Below are positions 1-10,247 of a stretch of 64,000 nt of DNA, piece after piece (position 1 is the stretch's first letter; each line of letters opens with the position of its first letter). The notes under the pieces are model-generated. The model ran no database searches. It was not told the DNA's origin and worked only from the letters and a program-made list of their open reading frames with translations. A program made the position numbers and the translations under genes. This stretch comes from an uncultured Eubacteriales bacterium (GTDB taxonomy: Bacteria > Bacillota > Clostridia > Oscillospirales > Acutalibacteraceae), in NCBI GenBank assembly GCA_934463265.1, contig CAKSIU010000003.1, positions 4,463 to 68,462 on the forward strand, written 5' to 3'.

Positions 1-612
1 CAAATGAGGACGTGCGTAACCATAACTTCTTGCTGCACCAAAATCCGCATAATGCTGATATGGAAAAGTCTTTGCTATTGGCAAAAATGCTTTTAATCCG
101 TATTTATCTTCAAATATTGGCTCTCCGTTTTCATTTGTGTCGACCTGTATGCTGTAATCACCTATAAATTCTCCTAAAACGGCTGTATAAACCTCTTTAT
201 AATACTTAAAATATTTCATTTTTTCTGTGAGTTCATCTATGCTTTTGCCATTATTTAACTCCGAAACTACCGAATCCATGTCTTTTACCTTATAATGATT
301 TTTAAAATCTCCACCGTACTTTGCTGACAAATACGCCAAAACATCTGTCCAATTTATCTTAATTTCTTTGTCGTGACTTTCTATATCAATTTTCATTGCT
401 TTATCCAAAACTTCATATGGAATATTAAACTCTGCATACTTTATAAAGTCTTTTTTTCCTTCGTTATCTTCAATTTGTTCGGTTTCATTTACCGCCATAA
501 CTCCTTTATCTCTGTTTTTGTTGCTCAAAGAAAATATTCCCACAATTACTGGTATTACCAACACTAAAAATGCCATTCCGACATACTTTCTATTTAAAAT
601 TTTATAAATCAC
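1..612 (-). CDS. M23/LytM-family metallopeptidase, N-terminal part (gene runs off the left edge)
   Basis: Uninterrupted minus-strand frame from the window edge (incomplete, so absent from the ORF track). Hand translation gives a basic N-terminus plus TM helix (KYVGMAFLVLVIPVIVGIFSL). It ends at the edge with DFGAARSYGYARPHL, the usual lead-in to the HxxxD zinc motif of M23 peptidases. GTG 612-610 follows GGGTGA; alternative ATG at 576-574. Confidence 0.5.
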   Translation of the reverse strand, partial: MIYKILNRKYVGMAFLVLVIPVIVGIFSLSNKNRDKGVMAVNETEQIEDNEGKKDFIKYAEFNIPYEVLDKAMKIDIESHDKEIKINWTDVLAYLSAKYGGDFKNHYKVKDMDSVVSELNNGKSIDELTEKMKYFKYYKEVYTAVLGEFIGDYSIQVDTNENGEPIFEDKYGLKAFLPIAKTFPYQHYADFGAARSYGYARPHL

Positions 613-757
613 TTCATCACCCGCAATTGAATAATATATTGTATGTATATTCTTAAAGCCAATACTTATGCTTCGCTTTCTATTTTCCTGTTGACTAATC
701 TCTAATAAACTTGTAGAATTAATTATAGTAAACCATTTTACTTAGGAGTTGAATTTT

Positions 758-1066
758 ATGAACAATGAATTTGCTGCAGATTTAATCACGCTTATTGACG
801 ACGAAGGTACCGAACATTCCTTTGAAATACTAGATGTAATAGAAAATGACGACGGCTGTTTTTATGCTCTGCTTCCTAGCAGTGACAGTGATAATGACAA
901 TCTTTCTGACAACTCCTCATATTATATCTTTGAGGTAATTGATGAAAACGGTGAACAGGTTTTAGCTGAGGTTGAAGACGATTCTTTATTAAAAAAATTA
1001 GCTGATTCTTTTGAGGCTAGGTTTGAAGATATGTATGGTCACAATGAAAGCACAGAAAATTTTTAG
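758..1066 (+). CDS. DUF1292 (UPF0473) family small acidic protein
   Basis: ORF track 749..1066. The block ITLIDDEGTEHSFEILDVIENDDGCFYALLP is typical of DUF1292. AGGAG at 744-748 abuts the TTG at 749, so ATG 758 (9-nt spacing) is the likelier start. Confidence 0.8.
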   Translation: MNNEFAADLITLIDDEGTEHSFEILDVIENDDGCFYALLPSSDSDNDNLSDNSSYYIFEVIDENGEQVLAEVEDDSLLKKLADSFEARFEDMYGHNESTENF

Positions 1067-1105
1067 TCGTTTTACAGCAAAACACTTTACTTATTCATTT
1101 TTTTG

Positions 1106-1114
1106 TGTTATAAT
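1106..1114 (+). promoter_or_regulatory. extended -10 promoter (TGtTATAAT) for the downstream structured RNA
   Basis: TG-n-TATAAT read directly at 1106-1114, about 7 nt before the first paired base of the RNA. Confidence 0.5.
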
Positions 1115-1121
1115 TGCAATA

Positions 1122-1315
1122 TAAACCGTTCCTGCCCGATTCGCGGACCGTGTTATATAACCCTACAAACTTATGATAGGGAGCTTTGCTCTCTAGGTGA
1201 ATTGCAGACCTCCCGATTTTTTCGGACGAAGGGAGCGTGAAGCCTATAGGCGGGCACCCACCTGCTTTGTGGTAGGCAGGTTATCATAAACACGTTACGG
1301 TCGGGCGGGGTTTTT
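1122..1315 (+). ncRNA. ssrS: stand-alone structured RNA of about 190 nt, most consistent with 6S RNA
   Basis: No ORF. GC-richer than its flanks. The 5' end CCTGCCCGA...CCGT pairs with the 3' end ACGG-TCGGGCGGG (closing stem). TTATGATA pairs with TATCATAA. There is a terminal hairpin CTCCCGA-TTTTT-TCGG..GGGAG. The 3' bubble strand GAAGCCTATAGGCGGGCACCCACCTGC...GCAGG resembles the GAAGCC..CACCUUGAACC..GGUUCAAGG part of E. coli 6S as I recall it. Ends in a T-run. Confidence 0.45.
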
Positions 1316-1321
1316 ATTTAT

Positions 1322-1363
1322 CAAAAAGAAAGAGGCACTTTGCAAAATTTTTGTAAAGTGCCT
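1322..1363 (-). terminator. intrinsic terminator of the TSCPD gene
   Basis: AGGCACTTTGCAAA/TTTGTAAAGTGCCT stem at 1333-1363, followed on the minus strand by CTTTCTTTTT. Confidence 0.7.
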
Positions 1364-1399
1364 TTAAAAGTGCCTTTAATTATATTCTTTTAATATTAT

Positions 1400-1654
1400 T
1401 TAATTTGCAACAGACATTACTTCTTCCAAAGCTTTCGCCAGTTGGTCCGGGCATGATGTTCCTCGTCCGGCACAATCTATGCCTTTGCACTTTTTTATAA
1501 CGTCCTCAATTTTCATTCCTCTTACCAGCGATGCAATTCCTTGAGTATTTCCGCTACATCCTCCAATAAATTTAACGTCATTTATTACTCCGTTCTCAAC
1601 ATCAATTACTATTTTACGCGAACAAGTTCCTTTTGTATCATAAGTATAAACCAT
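1400..1654 (-). CDS. TSCPD-domain small protein (4-Cys family)
   Basis: 84 aa with GGCSGNTQG and GTSCPDQLAKAL motifs characteristic of the small TSCPD proteins of Firmicutes. Confidence 0.8.
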   Translation of the reverse strand: MVYTYDTKGTCSRKIVIDVENGVINDVKFIGGCSGNTQGIASLVRGMKIEDVIKKCKGIDCAGRGTSCPDQLAKALEEVMSVAN

Positions 1655-1848
1655 AAATTGCCTCCTAAAATTATAGTTTTTATTAATAAATTAATAAAAA
1701 ATTTTGTTTTTGTCCTTTTGATATTTATTATTTAGATAAATGCATTATATATTAGCTAAGTTTCGTTGTCAATCTTATTTTTTTATTTACAAAATACCTC
1801 TTATAATTTTGTCTAATTTATGTTATAATATGTTCGAGGTGTTAAAAA

Positions 1849-2847
1849 ATGAACCTATCTATTAATTGCGGTACTTGGAATTCTATCTTCGCTATTCCTT
1901 GTGACGTCGTTGACAAACATATAAAATTAGCCGGTTCGGCTCAGTTAAAAGTACTTTTATTCATCTTGCGCTACGCCGGTCAAAATATCTCTACCGACAA
2001 AATCGCTACGGCTCTTTCTATGGACGAGCTTGACGTTAAAGACTCTATGCAATACTGGATTGAAACTAAAGTTATATCTGTTCCTGATTCAAGTTTGGAA
2101 GAAAAAAATGAGGTTAAAAAGGAAGTCTTGCACTCTAAAAACAATATATGCGATGAAGAAAAAGCAGTTACTGCTACAAATTTCAAAAAATTTCCTACGC
2201 GAATAGAGAAACCAGATTCTGCTTTTGTTGCAAGACGTATAAACGATTCTGAGGAAATTTCTTTTTTAATGCAAGAAGCTCAGGTTATCCTTTCAAGACC
2301 AATTTCAACCGGAGAAAGCGCTATTTTATTAATGCTGCATGACTCCGACGGACTTCCTATTGACGTGATTATTATGATTATGCAATATGCTGTCAGCGTT
2401 GGGAAGGGAAATATAAAATATATTGAAAGAATAGCTATATCCTGGGCTAATGAAGAAATTGATACTGTCGAAAAAGCAGAAAATAAAATTCGAGCTTTAG
2501 AAAGTTATCGTAAGGCGTGGTCCTCTCTCGAAAAAATTATCGGTATTGAGCATCGGTCTCCTTCTTCAAAAGAAGACGAGGCCGCTAATCGTTGGATTAA
2601 TGTCTGGAAAATTCCTGAGAACTTAATAAAAGAAGCTTATGACCGTTGTGTTAATGCTAAGGGTAAGTATATTTTAAGTTATATGGATGGAATAATAAAA
2701 AATTGGTACAATAACGGCATAAAAACGCTTGAACAAGCTCTTGATGAGGATAAATTTAAAAAATCGTCTCAAAATAAGCAAGGACAAAATAATGATTTTA
2801 CTTCTTACAACATAGATGAATATGAACGCAATTATATGTACATATAA
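1849..2847 (+). CDS. DnaD-domain replication initiation / helicase-loading protein
   Basis: 332 aa. Two DnaD/DnaB_2-like repeats (ILLMLHDSDGLPIDVIIMIMQYAV..NIKYIERIAISW and LIKEAYDRCVNAKGKYILSYMDGIIKNWYNNGIKT). Immediately followed by a DnaI-like ATPase. Confidence 0.75.
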   Translation: MNLSINCGTWNSIFAIPCDVVDKHIKLAGSAQLKVLLFILRYAGQNISTDKIATALSMDELDVKDSMQYWIETKVISVPDSSLEEKNEVKKEVLHSKNNICDEEKAVTATNFKKFPTRIEKPDSAFVARRINDSEEISFLMQEAQVILSRPISTGESAILLMLHDSDGLPIDVIIMIMQYAVSVGKGNIKYIERIAISWANEEIDTVEKAENKIRALESYRKAWSSLEKIIGIEHRSPSSKEDEAANRWINVWKIPENLIKEAYDRCVNAKGKYILSYMDGIIKNWYNNGIKTLEQALDEDKFKKSSQNKQGQNNDFTSYNIDEYERNYMYI

Positions 2848-2858
2848 AGGAGATTTTT

Positions 2859-3845
2859 ATGAGTATTAAAGCCGAAACTTTGCTCCAGGCCGAGGCAGAA
2901 CTTGAATCTTTGAGAAAATCTCAAATTGAAAAAAATGAAGTTAGAAAAAAACAGTTTTATAGAAAATTTAAACGAGCCAAAGACATTGAAGTTCAATTAT
3001 CTCGCACAGCTATTGATTCCGCTAAAGCTATTTTATCGGGTGCTAACGCTAAAGAAAAACTTACTGAACTGAAAAATAAAAATTTGGCTTTACAAAAAGA
3101 GTTGGAGGCTTTGCTAATTGCTGCAAATTTACCGCTTGACTATCTGGATTTAAAGTATAAGTGTAATAGTTGTAAAGATATGGGATACATTGACGGTGTT
3201 ATGTGTGATTGTCTTAAAAATTTAATTAAAAAAATTACTTATAGAAATTTAAATAAACTTTCGCCGTTATCTTTATCTACTTTTGAGGCTTTTAATATAG
3301 ACTTTTACCCTGATAAAAACTCTGCTGATGGAGTAAATGTAAAGTTACACATGGAGAAAATTTTTAATTTTTGCAAAAATTATGCGGATACTTTTAACAA
3401 AAAATCTGAAAATTTGTTTTTGCAGGGAGCTACGGGGCTTGGTAAAACTCATTTATCGTTGGCTATCGCAAATAGTGTAATAAACTCCGGGTATAATGTA
3501 ATTTATACTTCTGCTCCGAATATTCTTTCTAAGCTGGAAAAGGAGCATTTTAATCATAATTTTCAGGACGAGGAGACTGAAAAGCATTTGATTGAATGTG
3601 AACTATTAATCTTAGATGACATCGGCACTGAGTTTCAGACAAGCTTCTCTAGTGCGATGATTTACAACATTATCAATTCTAGAATTATGTTTCAAAAACC
3701 TACTATAATCAGCACAAATCTTTCTGTTAAAGAAATTCAATCTGCTTACTCCAAACGGTTAGTTTCCAGAATTATGGGTAGTTATAAGCGTCTTTTTTTC
3801 CTTGGAAATGACATTCGGCAATTTTTAAAAATGCCGAATAAATAA
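2859..3845 (+). CDS. dnaI: DnaI/DnaC-type helicase loader ATPase
   Basis: 328 aa. N-terminal Cys cluster CNSCKDMGYIDGVMCDC, Walker A GATGLGKTHL, Walker B LLILDDIG. Confidence 0.8.
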   Translation: MSIKAETLLQAEAELESLRKSQIEKNEVRKKQFYRKFKRAKDIEVQLSRTAIDSAKAILSGANAKEKLTELKNKNLALQKELEALLIAANLPLDYLDLKYKCNSCKDMGYIDGVMCDCLKNLIKKITYRNLNKLSPLSLSTFEAFNIDFYPDKNSADGVNVKLHMEKIFNFCKNYADTFNKKSENLFLQGATGLGKTHLSLAIANSVINSGYNVIYTSAPNILSKLEKEHFNHNFQDEETEKHLIECELLILDDIGTEFQTSFSSAMIYNIINSRIMFQKPTIISTNLSVKEIQSAYSKRLVSRIMGSYKRLFFLGNDIRQFLKMPNK

Positions 3846-3861
3846 TTTTTTATAATATATT

Positions 3862-3905
3862 ATTGATTACTTTTTTGTAACGAAAAAAGTAATCAATATT
3901 TTTTT
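3862..3905 (+). terminator. intrinsic terminator after dnaI
   Basis: Perfect 15-bp stem ATTGATTACTTTTTT/AAAAAAGTAATCAAT, loop GTAACG, then ATTTTTTT. Confidence 0.8.
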
Positions 3906-4005
3906 AGCAAGACATAGCAATCTCATAACGCTTTTTTTGTGTGCATAAAAAAAATATTTGGGGCACAAAATTATAAATTTTAATAATTAATTTATAATTA
4001 TACCA

Positions 4006-4034
4006 TTGACAAATCGGTCTTAAAGTGGTAAATT
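4006..4034 (+). promoter_or_regulatory. sigma-A promoter of the hrcA operon
   Basis: TTGACA (4006-4011), 17-nt spacer, TGgTAAATT extended -10 (4026-4034), directly upstream of CIRCE. Confidence 0.7.
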
Positions 4035-4045
4035 ATAATTAATGA

Positions 4046-4072
4046 TTAGCACTCATGCTATTCGAGTGCTAA
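4046..4072 (+). promoter_or_regulatory. CIRCE operator (HrcA binding site)
   Basis: Exact match to the consensus TTAGCACTC-N9-GAGTGCTAA. Confidence 0.95.
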
Positions 4073-4101
4073 TATTTTTTCATCCGGAAGGAGGTTTATC
4101 G

Positions 4102-5136
4102 GTGGAACTCTCTGATAGAAAATTGAAAATATTATCTGCGGTTATCAACAACTACATTCAATATGCTGAACCGGTAAGTTCCAAAATTTTGTGTGACCTA
4201 TTGGATTTTTCCGTTTCTTCGGCAACTATTCGAAATGAGCTTGCGGAACTTACTGAACTCGGCTTCCTGGAACAACCTCATACATCTGCTGGCCGTATTC
4301 CTTCATACCTTGGTTACAGACTTTATATAAATAGGCTTATGGGAAAAGCTTATCTATCAAAAAAAAGCAAGGATTATATTGAGTCGGGTTTAAAATTGAG
4401 CGAACATGACCCTGAGTTATTGCTAAAAAACGCAACTCAGATTTTGGCGAATATGACTAATTTTGCGGTTATATCCACGACTGTATCCACAGAAAAAAAT
4501 TTTATTAGAAATGTTAAGCTGGTTCAAATTAGCAAGTTTACCGCTATGATTATCCTTACTACATCTTCCGGTGTAATTAAAAATCGACTATTTCGTTGCG
4601 AATTTTCTTTAACGGCGGATATTTTAAACACGGTTAATAATTTTTTAAGTGAAAGGTTTACTGGCGTTTTATTAGCTGAAATAACTCCTGCGTTTATTCA
4701 AACTGTTGCGATATCTGTGGGCGAAATGGCCTTTTTTATGTCGGATATTTTAAATGTTCTTTTTGAGGTCTACAAACTTGCTGCCAAACCTGATTTTCAT
4801 TTTGACGGGCAAACAAATCTTTTGTTAATTCCGGAATTTAACCAACAGTCTGCTATAAAATTAATGAATTTTTTGACGGTTTACGATGACATAAGCGATT
4901 TGTTTTTTTCTTCGGATAATTCCAAAACTAGAGTTTTTATTGGAAAGGAAAATCCACACGAAGAGTTGACTCAATCAAGTATTATTGTTACGAAGTACAT
5001 TGTTAATGGTGAGGACTATGGTTCTATCGGAATAGTTGGCCCAACCAGAATGAATTATGCTAACACGATTGCTAAACTAGAATACACCGCTTCTTTATTG
5101 GGAGATATGTTAAATAATATTTTTTATTTAGAGTAA
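4102..5136 (+). CDS. hrcA: heat-inducible transcription repressor HrcA
   Basis: ORF track 4042..5136. The track ATG lies inside CIRCE. GTG 4102 follows GGAAGGAGG and gives MELSDRKLKIL.., a typical HrcA N-terminus. Operon context with grpE-dnaK-dnaJ. Confidence 0.9.
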   Translation: MELSDRKLKILSAVINNYIQYAEPVSSKILCDLLDFSVSSATIRNELAELTELGFLEQPHTSAGRIPSYLGYRLYINRLMGKAYLSKKSKDYIESGLKLSEHDPELLLKNATQILANMTNFAVISTTVSTEKNFIRNVKLVQISKFTAMIILTTSSGVIKNRLFRCEFSLTADILNTVNNFLSERFTGVLLAEITPAFIQTVAISVGEMAFFMSDILNVLFEVYKLAAKPDFHFDGQTNLLLIPEFNQQSAIKLMNFLTVYDDISDLFFSSDNSKTRVFIGKENPHEELTQSSIIVTKYIVNGEDYGSIGIVGPTRMNYANTIAKLEYTASLLGDMLNNIFYLE

Positions 5137-5155
5137 TTTAAAGGAGGCTTATATT

Positions 5156-5695
5156 TTGACTGAAGAAATAATAAAAAATTCTGAATGTGAAAAAGAAAAT
5201 CATTGTGAAGGTTCAAACGAACAGGAAATAATTAATGAAAATGAGGAGATTTTAAAGAAATTGGAAGAATTTAAGAGTGAATTAAATGTTCAAAATGAAC
5301 GTTTTTTGCGCTTGGCTGCTGAGTATGATAATTATAGAAAACGCAGCGAAAAAGATAAAATTTCAATCTATAACGATGCAAAAGCTAAAACCGTTGCGGA
5401 AATTCTTCCTATTGCGGACTGTATAGAAAGGGCGATTGAGTCCAGTCGCGACGCTGATGATGAATATCAAAAAGGGCTTTCCATGTTAAATGAACAATTT
5501 ATTGCTACTCTTTCTAAACTTGGGGTGAATTCATTTGGAAGTGTCGGAGATAAATTCAATCCGGAACTTCACAATGCGATATCTCATATTGAAGACGATA
5601 AATTGGATGAAAATGTTATTGCGCAAATTTTTCAAAAGGGATACACGCTTGGGGATAAGGTAATTCGTCATGCGATGGTTTCCGTTGCAAATTAG
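5156..5695 (+). CDS. grpE: nucleotide exchange factor GrpE
   Basis: 179 aa. RLAAEYDNYRKRSEKD and NPELHNAISH motifs. TTG start 8 nt after AAGGAGG. Confidence 0.9.
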   Translation: MTEEIIKNSECEKENHCEGSNEQEIINENEEILKKLEEFKSELNVQNERFLRLAAEYDNYRKRSEKDKISIYNDAKAKTVAEILPIADCIERAIESSRDADDEYQKGLSMLNEQFIATLSKLGVNSFGSVGDKFNPELHNAISHIEDDKLDENVIAQIFQKGYTLGDKVIRHAMVSVAN

Positions 5696-5761
5696 CAAAT
5701 TATTGCGGTTTTTCCGCTAAAACTATAAATATAAATATTATAAAATTTGGAGGTTTTTATT

Positions 5762-7618
5762 ATGGCAAAAATTATCGGTATTGATTTGGGTACTACAAAC
5801 TCTTGCGTAGCTGTTATTGAGGGGGGCGAACCTGTTGTCATCGCCAATGCTGAAGGAACTAGGACAACTCCATCGGTTGTTGCATTTTCTAAAACTGGAG
5901 AAAGAATGGTTGGTCAAGTGGCTAAACGTCAGGCTATTACTAACCCCGACCGCACTATTTCTTCAATAAAAAGAGAAATGGGAACTAGTCATAAAGTGAA
6001 TATAGATGGAAACAGTTTTACTCCGCAGGAAATTTCGGCTATGATACTTCAAAAATTAAAAGCCGACGCGGAAGCTTATTTGGGCGATACTGTGACTCAA
6101 GCGGTTATTACTGTTCCGGCATACTTTACAGACGCGCAACGTCAGGCAACTAAAGACGCTGGTAAAATTGCAGGATTGGACGTAAAGCGTATAATAAATG
6201 AGCCAACTGCTGCTGCTCTATCTTATGGAATAGATAAGGAAAATTACCAAAAAATTATGGTCTATGACCTTGGCGGAGGTACATTTGATGTTTCTATCAT
6301 CGAAATGGGCGACGGTGTACAAGAAGTTCTGGCAACTGCGGGAAATAATAAACTTGGTGGCGACGATTTTGACCAAAGAATTATTGATTGGATGGTTGAC
6401 TCGTTTAAATCCGAAAACGGTGTGGATTTGAGAACTGACAAAATGGCTATGCAACGTCTAAAGGAAGCTGCTGAAAAAGCTAAAATCGAACTTTCTGGGG
6501 TCACGTCTACCGCGATTAATTTGCCATTTATTACTGCAGACGCTACTGGTCCTAAACATCTTGACTTAACCTTGACTAGGGCTAAATTTAATGAACTTAC
6601 AAAAGATTTAGTTGAGAATACTATGGGACCTGTTCGTCAGGCATTATCTGATTCTGGTTTGTCTATAAATCAGATTGATAAAGTCTTGATGGTTGGCGGG
6701 TCTTCGAGAATTCCTGCGGTTCAGGATGCTGTTAAATCTTTAATTGGAAAAGAACCGTTCAAAGGAATAAATCCGGATGAATGTGTTGCAATCGGTGCAG
6801 CTTTACAGGCTGGCGTTTTGGGCGGAGAAGTTCAAGGCTTGCTTCTTTTGGATGTTACTCCCCTATCTCTCGGCGTTGAAACTATGGGCGGTATCATGAC
6901 AAAAATTATTGACAGAAATACCACTATTCCTACTAAAAAAAGTCAAATTTTCTCAACCGCCATGGATAATCAAACTCAAGTTCAAATTAATGTGCTTCAA
7001 GGCGAGCGCGAATTTGCAAAAGATAATAAACAGTTGGGATTATTTACATTAGACGGAATTGCTCCTGCTATGCGCGGAATTCCTCAAATTGAAGTCACTT
7101 TCGATATTGACGCTAACGGCATTGTGAATGTTAATGCTAAGGACCTCGGAACTGGCAAAGAGCAAAAGATTACAATTACATCGAACACGAATATGTCTAA
7201 AGAAGAAATTGAGCAGGCTGTTAAAAACGCTGAACAATTCGCTGAAGAAGATAAAAAGCGTCGTGAAGAGGTTGAAACTAAAAATGAGGCAGAAAATCTT
7301 TGCTACGCCGTTGAAAAATTAATAAATGAAAACGGTGACAAGATTGACAGCGCGGACAAAGATAATCTTAATGCAAAAGTTAAGTCATTAAAAGAGGCAA
7401 TTTCTGCCAACAACATAGACACTATTAAATCCGGAAAAGAAGATTTGCAGAAAGCAATGTATGAAGTTTCGGCAAAGTTATATCAAAATGCAGCTCCAAA
7501 TCAAGATGCTGGTACGGCCGAGAGTCAAAATAGTGATGCAAATGCTACAGCTGGCAACGCGCAAGGTGGCGAAAATGTTTACGAAGCCGATTTTAAAGAT
7601 GTAGATAATAATAAATAG
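5762..7618 (+). CDS. dnaK: molecular chaperone DnaK (Hsp70)
   Basis: [18 protein letters not shown]..., [11 protein letters not shown], full Hsp70 length. ATG 5762 follows GGAGG. Confidence 0.97.
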   Translation: MAKIIGIDLGTTNSCVAVIEGGEPVVIANAEGTRTTPSVVAFSKTGERMVGQVAKRQAITNPDRTISSIKREMGTSHKVNIDGNSFTPQEISAMILQKLKADAEAYLGDTVTQAVITVPAYFTDAQRQATKDAGKIAGLDVKRIINEPTAAALSYGIDKENYQKIMVYDLGGGTFDVSIIEMGDGVQEVLATAGNNKLGGDDFDQRIIDWMVDSFKSENGVDLRTDKMAMQRLKEAAEKAKIELSGVTSTAINLPFITADATGPKHLDLTLTRAKFNELTKDLVENTMGPVRQALSDSGLSINQIDKVLMVGGSSRIPAVQDAVKSLIGKEPFKGINPDECVAIGAALQAGVLGGEVQGLLLLDVTPLSLGVETMGGIMTKIIDRNTTIPTKKSQIFSTAMDNQTQVQINVLQGEREFAKDNKQLGLFTLDGIAPAMRGIPQIEVTFDIDANGIVNVNAKDLGTGKEQKITITSNTNMSKEEIEQAVKNAEQFAEEDKKRREEVETKNEAENLCYAVEKLINENGDKIDSADKDNLNAKVKSLKEAISANNIDTIKSGKEDLQKAMYEVSAKLYQNAAPNQDAGTAESQNSDANATAGNAQGGENVYEADFKDVDNNK

Positions 7619-7633
7619 AGTTAATTTGCACGA

Positions 7634-7670
7634 AAATCCCTTAACCGCATTTTTGGTGGTTGAGGGATTT
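7634..7670 (+). terminator. hairpin between dnaK and dnaJ (partial terminator/attenuator)
   Basis: AAATCCCTTAACC/GGTTGAGGGATTT 13-bp stem (one G-U) with only a short T-run after it. Confidence 0.45.
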
Positions 7671-7705
7671 CCATAACAGTCGAAGATTTTTTAGGAGTGA
7701 TTTTT

Positions 7706-8866
7706 TTGTCATCTAAACGAGATTTTTACGAAGTTTTGGGCCTTTCTAAAGGTGCTTCCGAGGACGAAATTAAAAAGGCTTATCGAAAACTCGCAAAAAA
7801 ATATCATCCGGACTTAAATCCAGGTGATAAAGACGCTGAATCAAAATTTAAAGAAGTAAATGAAGCTTATGAAGTGCTTTCTGATAGCAACAAACGTTCG
7901 AGGTATGATCAATTTGGTCATGCAGGAGTCGATCCATCATATGGAGCTGCTAGTGCTGCTGGAGGAAATCCTTTTGGTGATGATTTTGACATCGGAGATA
8001 TATTCAGTAGCTTTTTTGGCGGCGGCTTTGGCGGCGGTTTTTCATCTAGGCGTCAAGCTAATCCCAATGCGCCTAGACGCGGTTCTGATACGGAAGCTAA
8101 CATCAGTATTTCTTTTGAAAAGGCTGCAAAAGGGTGCAAAAAAAATGTTTCTTATCGCGTTGTCGAAAAATGTCCCGATTGTAGCGGCTCAGGAGCAGCT
8201 AAAGGTACTTCCGCAAAAACTTGCCCAATTTGCCATGGAACCGGGCAAAGTCGCGTTACTCAGCGAACTCCTTTTGGAGTTATTCAGACGGCACATACTT
8301 GTGAAAAATGTCATGGAACCGGCTCTGTTATAGAAAATCCATGCAGAAGATGCTCCGGTACGGGAAGAATTCAGACTTCTAAAAAAGTTGAAGTGAATAT
8401 TCCGGCTGGCATAGATAATGGACAAATTTTAAAAGTAAGCGGGCATGGAAATGCTGGTGTTAATGGTGGCCCTTCAGGTGATTTACACGTTTATATTAAT
8501 GTTCAACCTCATTCTATCTTTGAGCGCCGTGGTTTCGATATTTGGTGCGAACTTCCAATTACTTTTGTTCAGGCTGCACTCGGCGCGGAAGTTACTGTGC
8601 CTACACTCGATGGAAAAGTCAGTTATAATATTCATGAAGGCACTCAGCCAGGAGATGTTTTTAAACTTCGTGGAAAAGGCATTGAACGACTCGGTTCTAG
8701 AGGATGCGGTGACCAATTTGTAAAAGTAAGTATCGAAATTCCAAAAAATTTATCTCAGAAACAAAAAGAAATTTTGCGTAATTTTGAAAATGAAGCTACT
8801 GAAACAAATTATCAAAAAAGAAAAGGTTTTTTCGAGAAAATAAAAAATATATTTGGAGAAAATTAA
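7706..8866 (+). CDS. dnaJ: molecular chaperone DnaJ
   Basis: J domain ([21 protein letters not shown]), G/F region, four CxxCxGxG zinc-finger repeats. The track GTG 7697 overlaps the AGGAG RBS, so TTG 7706 is the likelier start. Confidence 0.95.
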   Translation: MSSKRDFYEVLGLSKGASEDEIKKAYRKLAKKYHPDLNPGDKDAESKFKEVNEAYEVLSDSNKRSRYDQFGHAGVDPSYGAASAAGGNPFGDDFDIGDIFSSFFGGGFGGGFSSRRQANPNAPRRGSDTEANISISFEKAAKGCKKNVSYRVVEKCPDCSGSGAAKGTSAKTCPICHGTGQSRVTQRTPFGVIQTAHTCEKCHGTGSVIENPCRRCSGTGRIQTSKKVEVNIPAGIDNGQILKVSGHGNAGVNGGPSGDLHVYINVQPHSIFERRGFDIWCELPITFVQAALGAEVTVPTLDGKVSYNIHEGTQPGDVFKLRGKGIERLGSRGCGDQFVKVSIEIPKNLSQKQKEILRNFENEATETNYQKRKGFFEKIKNIFGEN

Positions 8867-9793
8867 ATGGACTTTACCGAAATTATAATCGAAATAAATA
8901 CAAACGATATTGAAACTGCTTCGGCCATTGCAAATATGGTAGTTCCTTACGGTATATACATTGAAGACTATTCAAATTTGGAGGCCGAAACAAAAGAAAT
9001 CGCGCATATTGACCTTATTGACGAAGACTTATTAGCAAAAAATAGAAGCCTTGCTTTAATTCATCTGTACATTTCTCCAGAAAATATTCCTCTTGAAGCT
9101 ATCTCTTTTTTGCGTGAACGTTTTGGTTCCGCTAAAATAAAACATAAAATTTCTACGCAAAACTGCAAAATGGAAGACTATATAAATAACTGGAAAAAAT
9201 ATTTTAAACCGATTCCTGTCGGAGATAAATTATTGATTTGTCCGTCGTGGGAAAAATGCAATGTTAATTCGTCTAATAATCGTACGATTTTGCAGCTCGA
9301 CCCTGGTTTAGCTTTTGGAACCGGAACTCATGAAACAACTCGTCTTTGCCTTGAATTGCTCGAAAAGTATATCAATTCAAATGTAAATGTGCTTGATGTC
9401 GGCTGCGGTAGCGGAATTTTATCTATAGCATCAATCCTTCTTGGTGCCGAAAGTGTAACTGGTGTAGATATCGATGAACTTGCAGTAAAGACAGCACTAG
9501 AAAATGCAAAAATTAATAATGTAAATAACAAATTTAATGCTGTTTGTGGCAACTTAACAGAAAAAATTTCTGGCAAATTCGATATAATCGTTGCAAACAT
9601 TGTAGCAGACGTAATAATTGAGTTAAATAAATCGATAAAAAATTATATGAACGAAAACTCGATATACTTAATGAGCGGAATCATTGAGCCATATAAAGAT
9701 AAAGTCTTGCAATCTCTCGAAGCGGATTTTAATATCCTAGACTTAAAAACTGAAAACGGTTGGGTTGCAATCGCTGCAGAATTAAAAAAATAA
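8867..9793 (+). CDS. prmA: ribosomal protein L11 methyltransferase
   Basis: 308 aa. GLAFGTGTHETT and VLDVGCGSGILSI SAM motif. Conserved position after dnaJ. Confidence 0.9.
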   Translation: MDFTEIIIEINTNDIETASAIANMVVPYGIYIEDYSNLEAETKEIAHIDLIDEDLLAKNRSLALIHLYISPENIPLEAISFLRERFGSAKIKHKISTQNCKMEDYINNWKKYFKPIPVGDKLLICPSWEKCNVNSSNNRTILQLDPGLAFGTGTHETTRLCLELLEKYINSNVNVLDVGCGSGILSIASILLGAESVTGVDIDELAVKTALENAKINNVNNKFNAVCGNLTEKISGKFDIIVANIVADVIIELNKSIKNYMNENSIYLMSGIIEPYKDKVLQSLEADFNILDLKTENGWVAIAAELKK

Positions 9794-9828
9794 ACATATA
9801 AGAGAAAATAAAAAAGGAGCTAAAATGT

Positions 9829-10191
9829 ATGGAAAAATACGTTTTTAAAATAATAATGAAACATATTTTTTACATTTTGCTTCTTTTGATTATTTTTGCG
9901 ATTCTATATTTTTTCAAAATTTCTTGCTTTTTTCGCTTTTTTACAGGAATTCCCTGCCCTTCTTGCGGTATGACTCGTGCTTTTTTATCATTAATAAAAT
10001 TAAATCTTCGTGAATCTTTTTATTACCATCCACTTTTAATTCCATCATTATTCGCCGCATTCATCGCTATACATATGAATGTTTCTGCACTTAAGTTCAA
10101 CAAAAAAATTGCCAACACTTATTTATGGGCTTTTATTATAATTTTTTTCGCGGTATATTTGTTTCGGCTCATCACCAATAGTATTCCGTAA
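9829..10191 (+). CDS. DUF2752 family membrane protein
   Basis: 120 aa. GIPCPSCGMTRAF motif and flanking TM helices typical of DUF2752. Confidence 0.7.
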   Translation: MEKYVFKIIMKHIFYILLLLIIFAILYFFKISCFFRFFTGIPCPSCGMTRAFLSLIKLNLRESFYYHPLLIPSLFAAFIAIHMNVSALKFNKKIANTYLWAFIIIFFAVYLFRLITNSIP

Positions 10192-10211
10192 ATCCACAAG
10201 CGGCAAATTAA

Positions 10212-10247
10212 AAAGATATGTTATAAATCATAACATATCTTTTTTCT
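10212..10247 (+). terminator. terminator of the DUF2752 gene (overlaps the corA 3' end)
   Basis: AAGATATGTTAT/ATAACATATCTT perfect 12-bp stem followed by TTTTTCTTT. Confidence 0.6.

Noticed and set aside
373-567. 64-aa plus-strand ORF near the left edge
   Set aside because: It is antisense to the continuous M23-peptidase frame, and its Phe/Ile-rich translation is typical of AT-rich off-frame sequence.
1122-1315. SRP (4.5S/scRNA) RNA or a cis-acting riboswitch as the identity of the structured RNA
   Set aside because: There is no GGAA-tetraloop/AGCAGC domain IV motif of SRP RNA. There is no downstream co-oriented gene (the next gene is on the opposite strand), so a riboswitch or leader is unlikely. 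6S-like architecture fits better.
1849-3845. Prophage replication module (DnaD-like plus DnaC-like genes)
   Set aside because: It is flanked by housekeeping genes (6S-like RNA, hrcA operon). There is no integrase, repressor, structural or lysis gene and no att-like repeat. This pair is the normal chromosomal helicase-loading system of Firmicutes.
5747-8866. Multiple 60-157-aa ORFs overlapping or antisense to dnaK and dnaJ (e.g. 6218..6454, 6262..6504, 7860..8333, 8445..8723)
   Set aside because: They lie wholly inside strongly supported conserved CDSs, have no RBS, and their low-complexity translations are typical of off-frame reading. The same reasoning applies to embedded ORFs in relA, recJ, pyk, the TrkH-family gene, murD, the ABC genes and others in the track.
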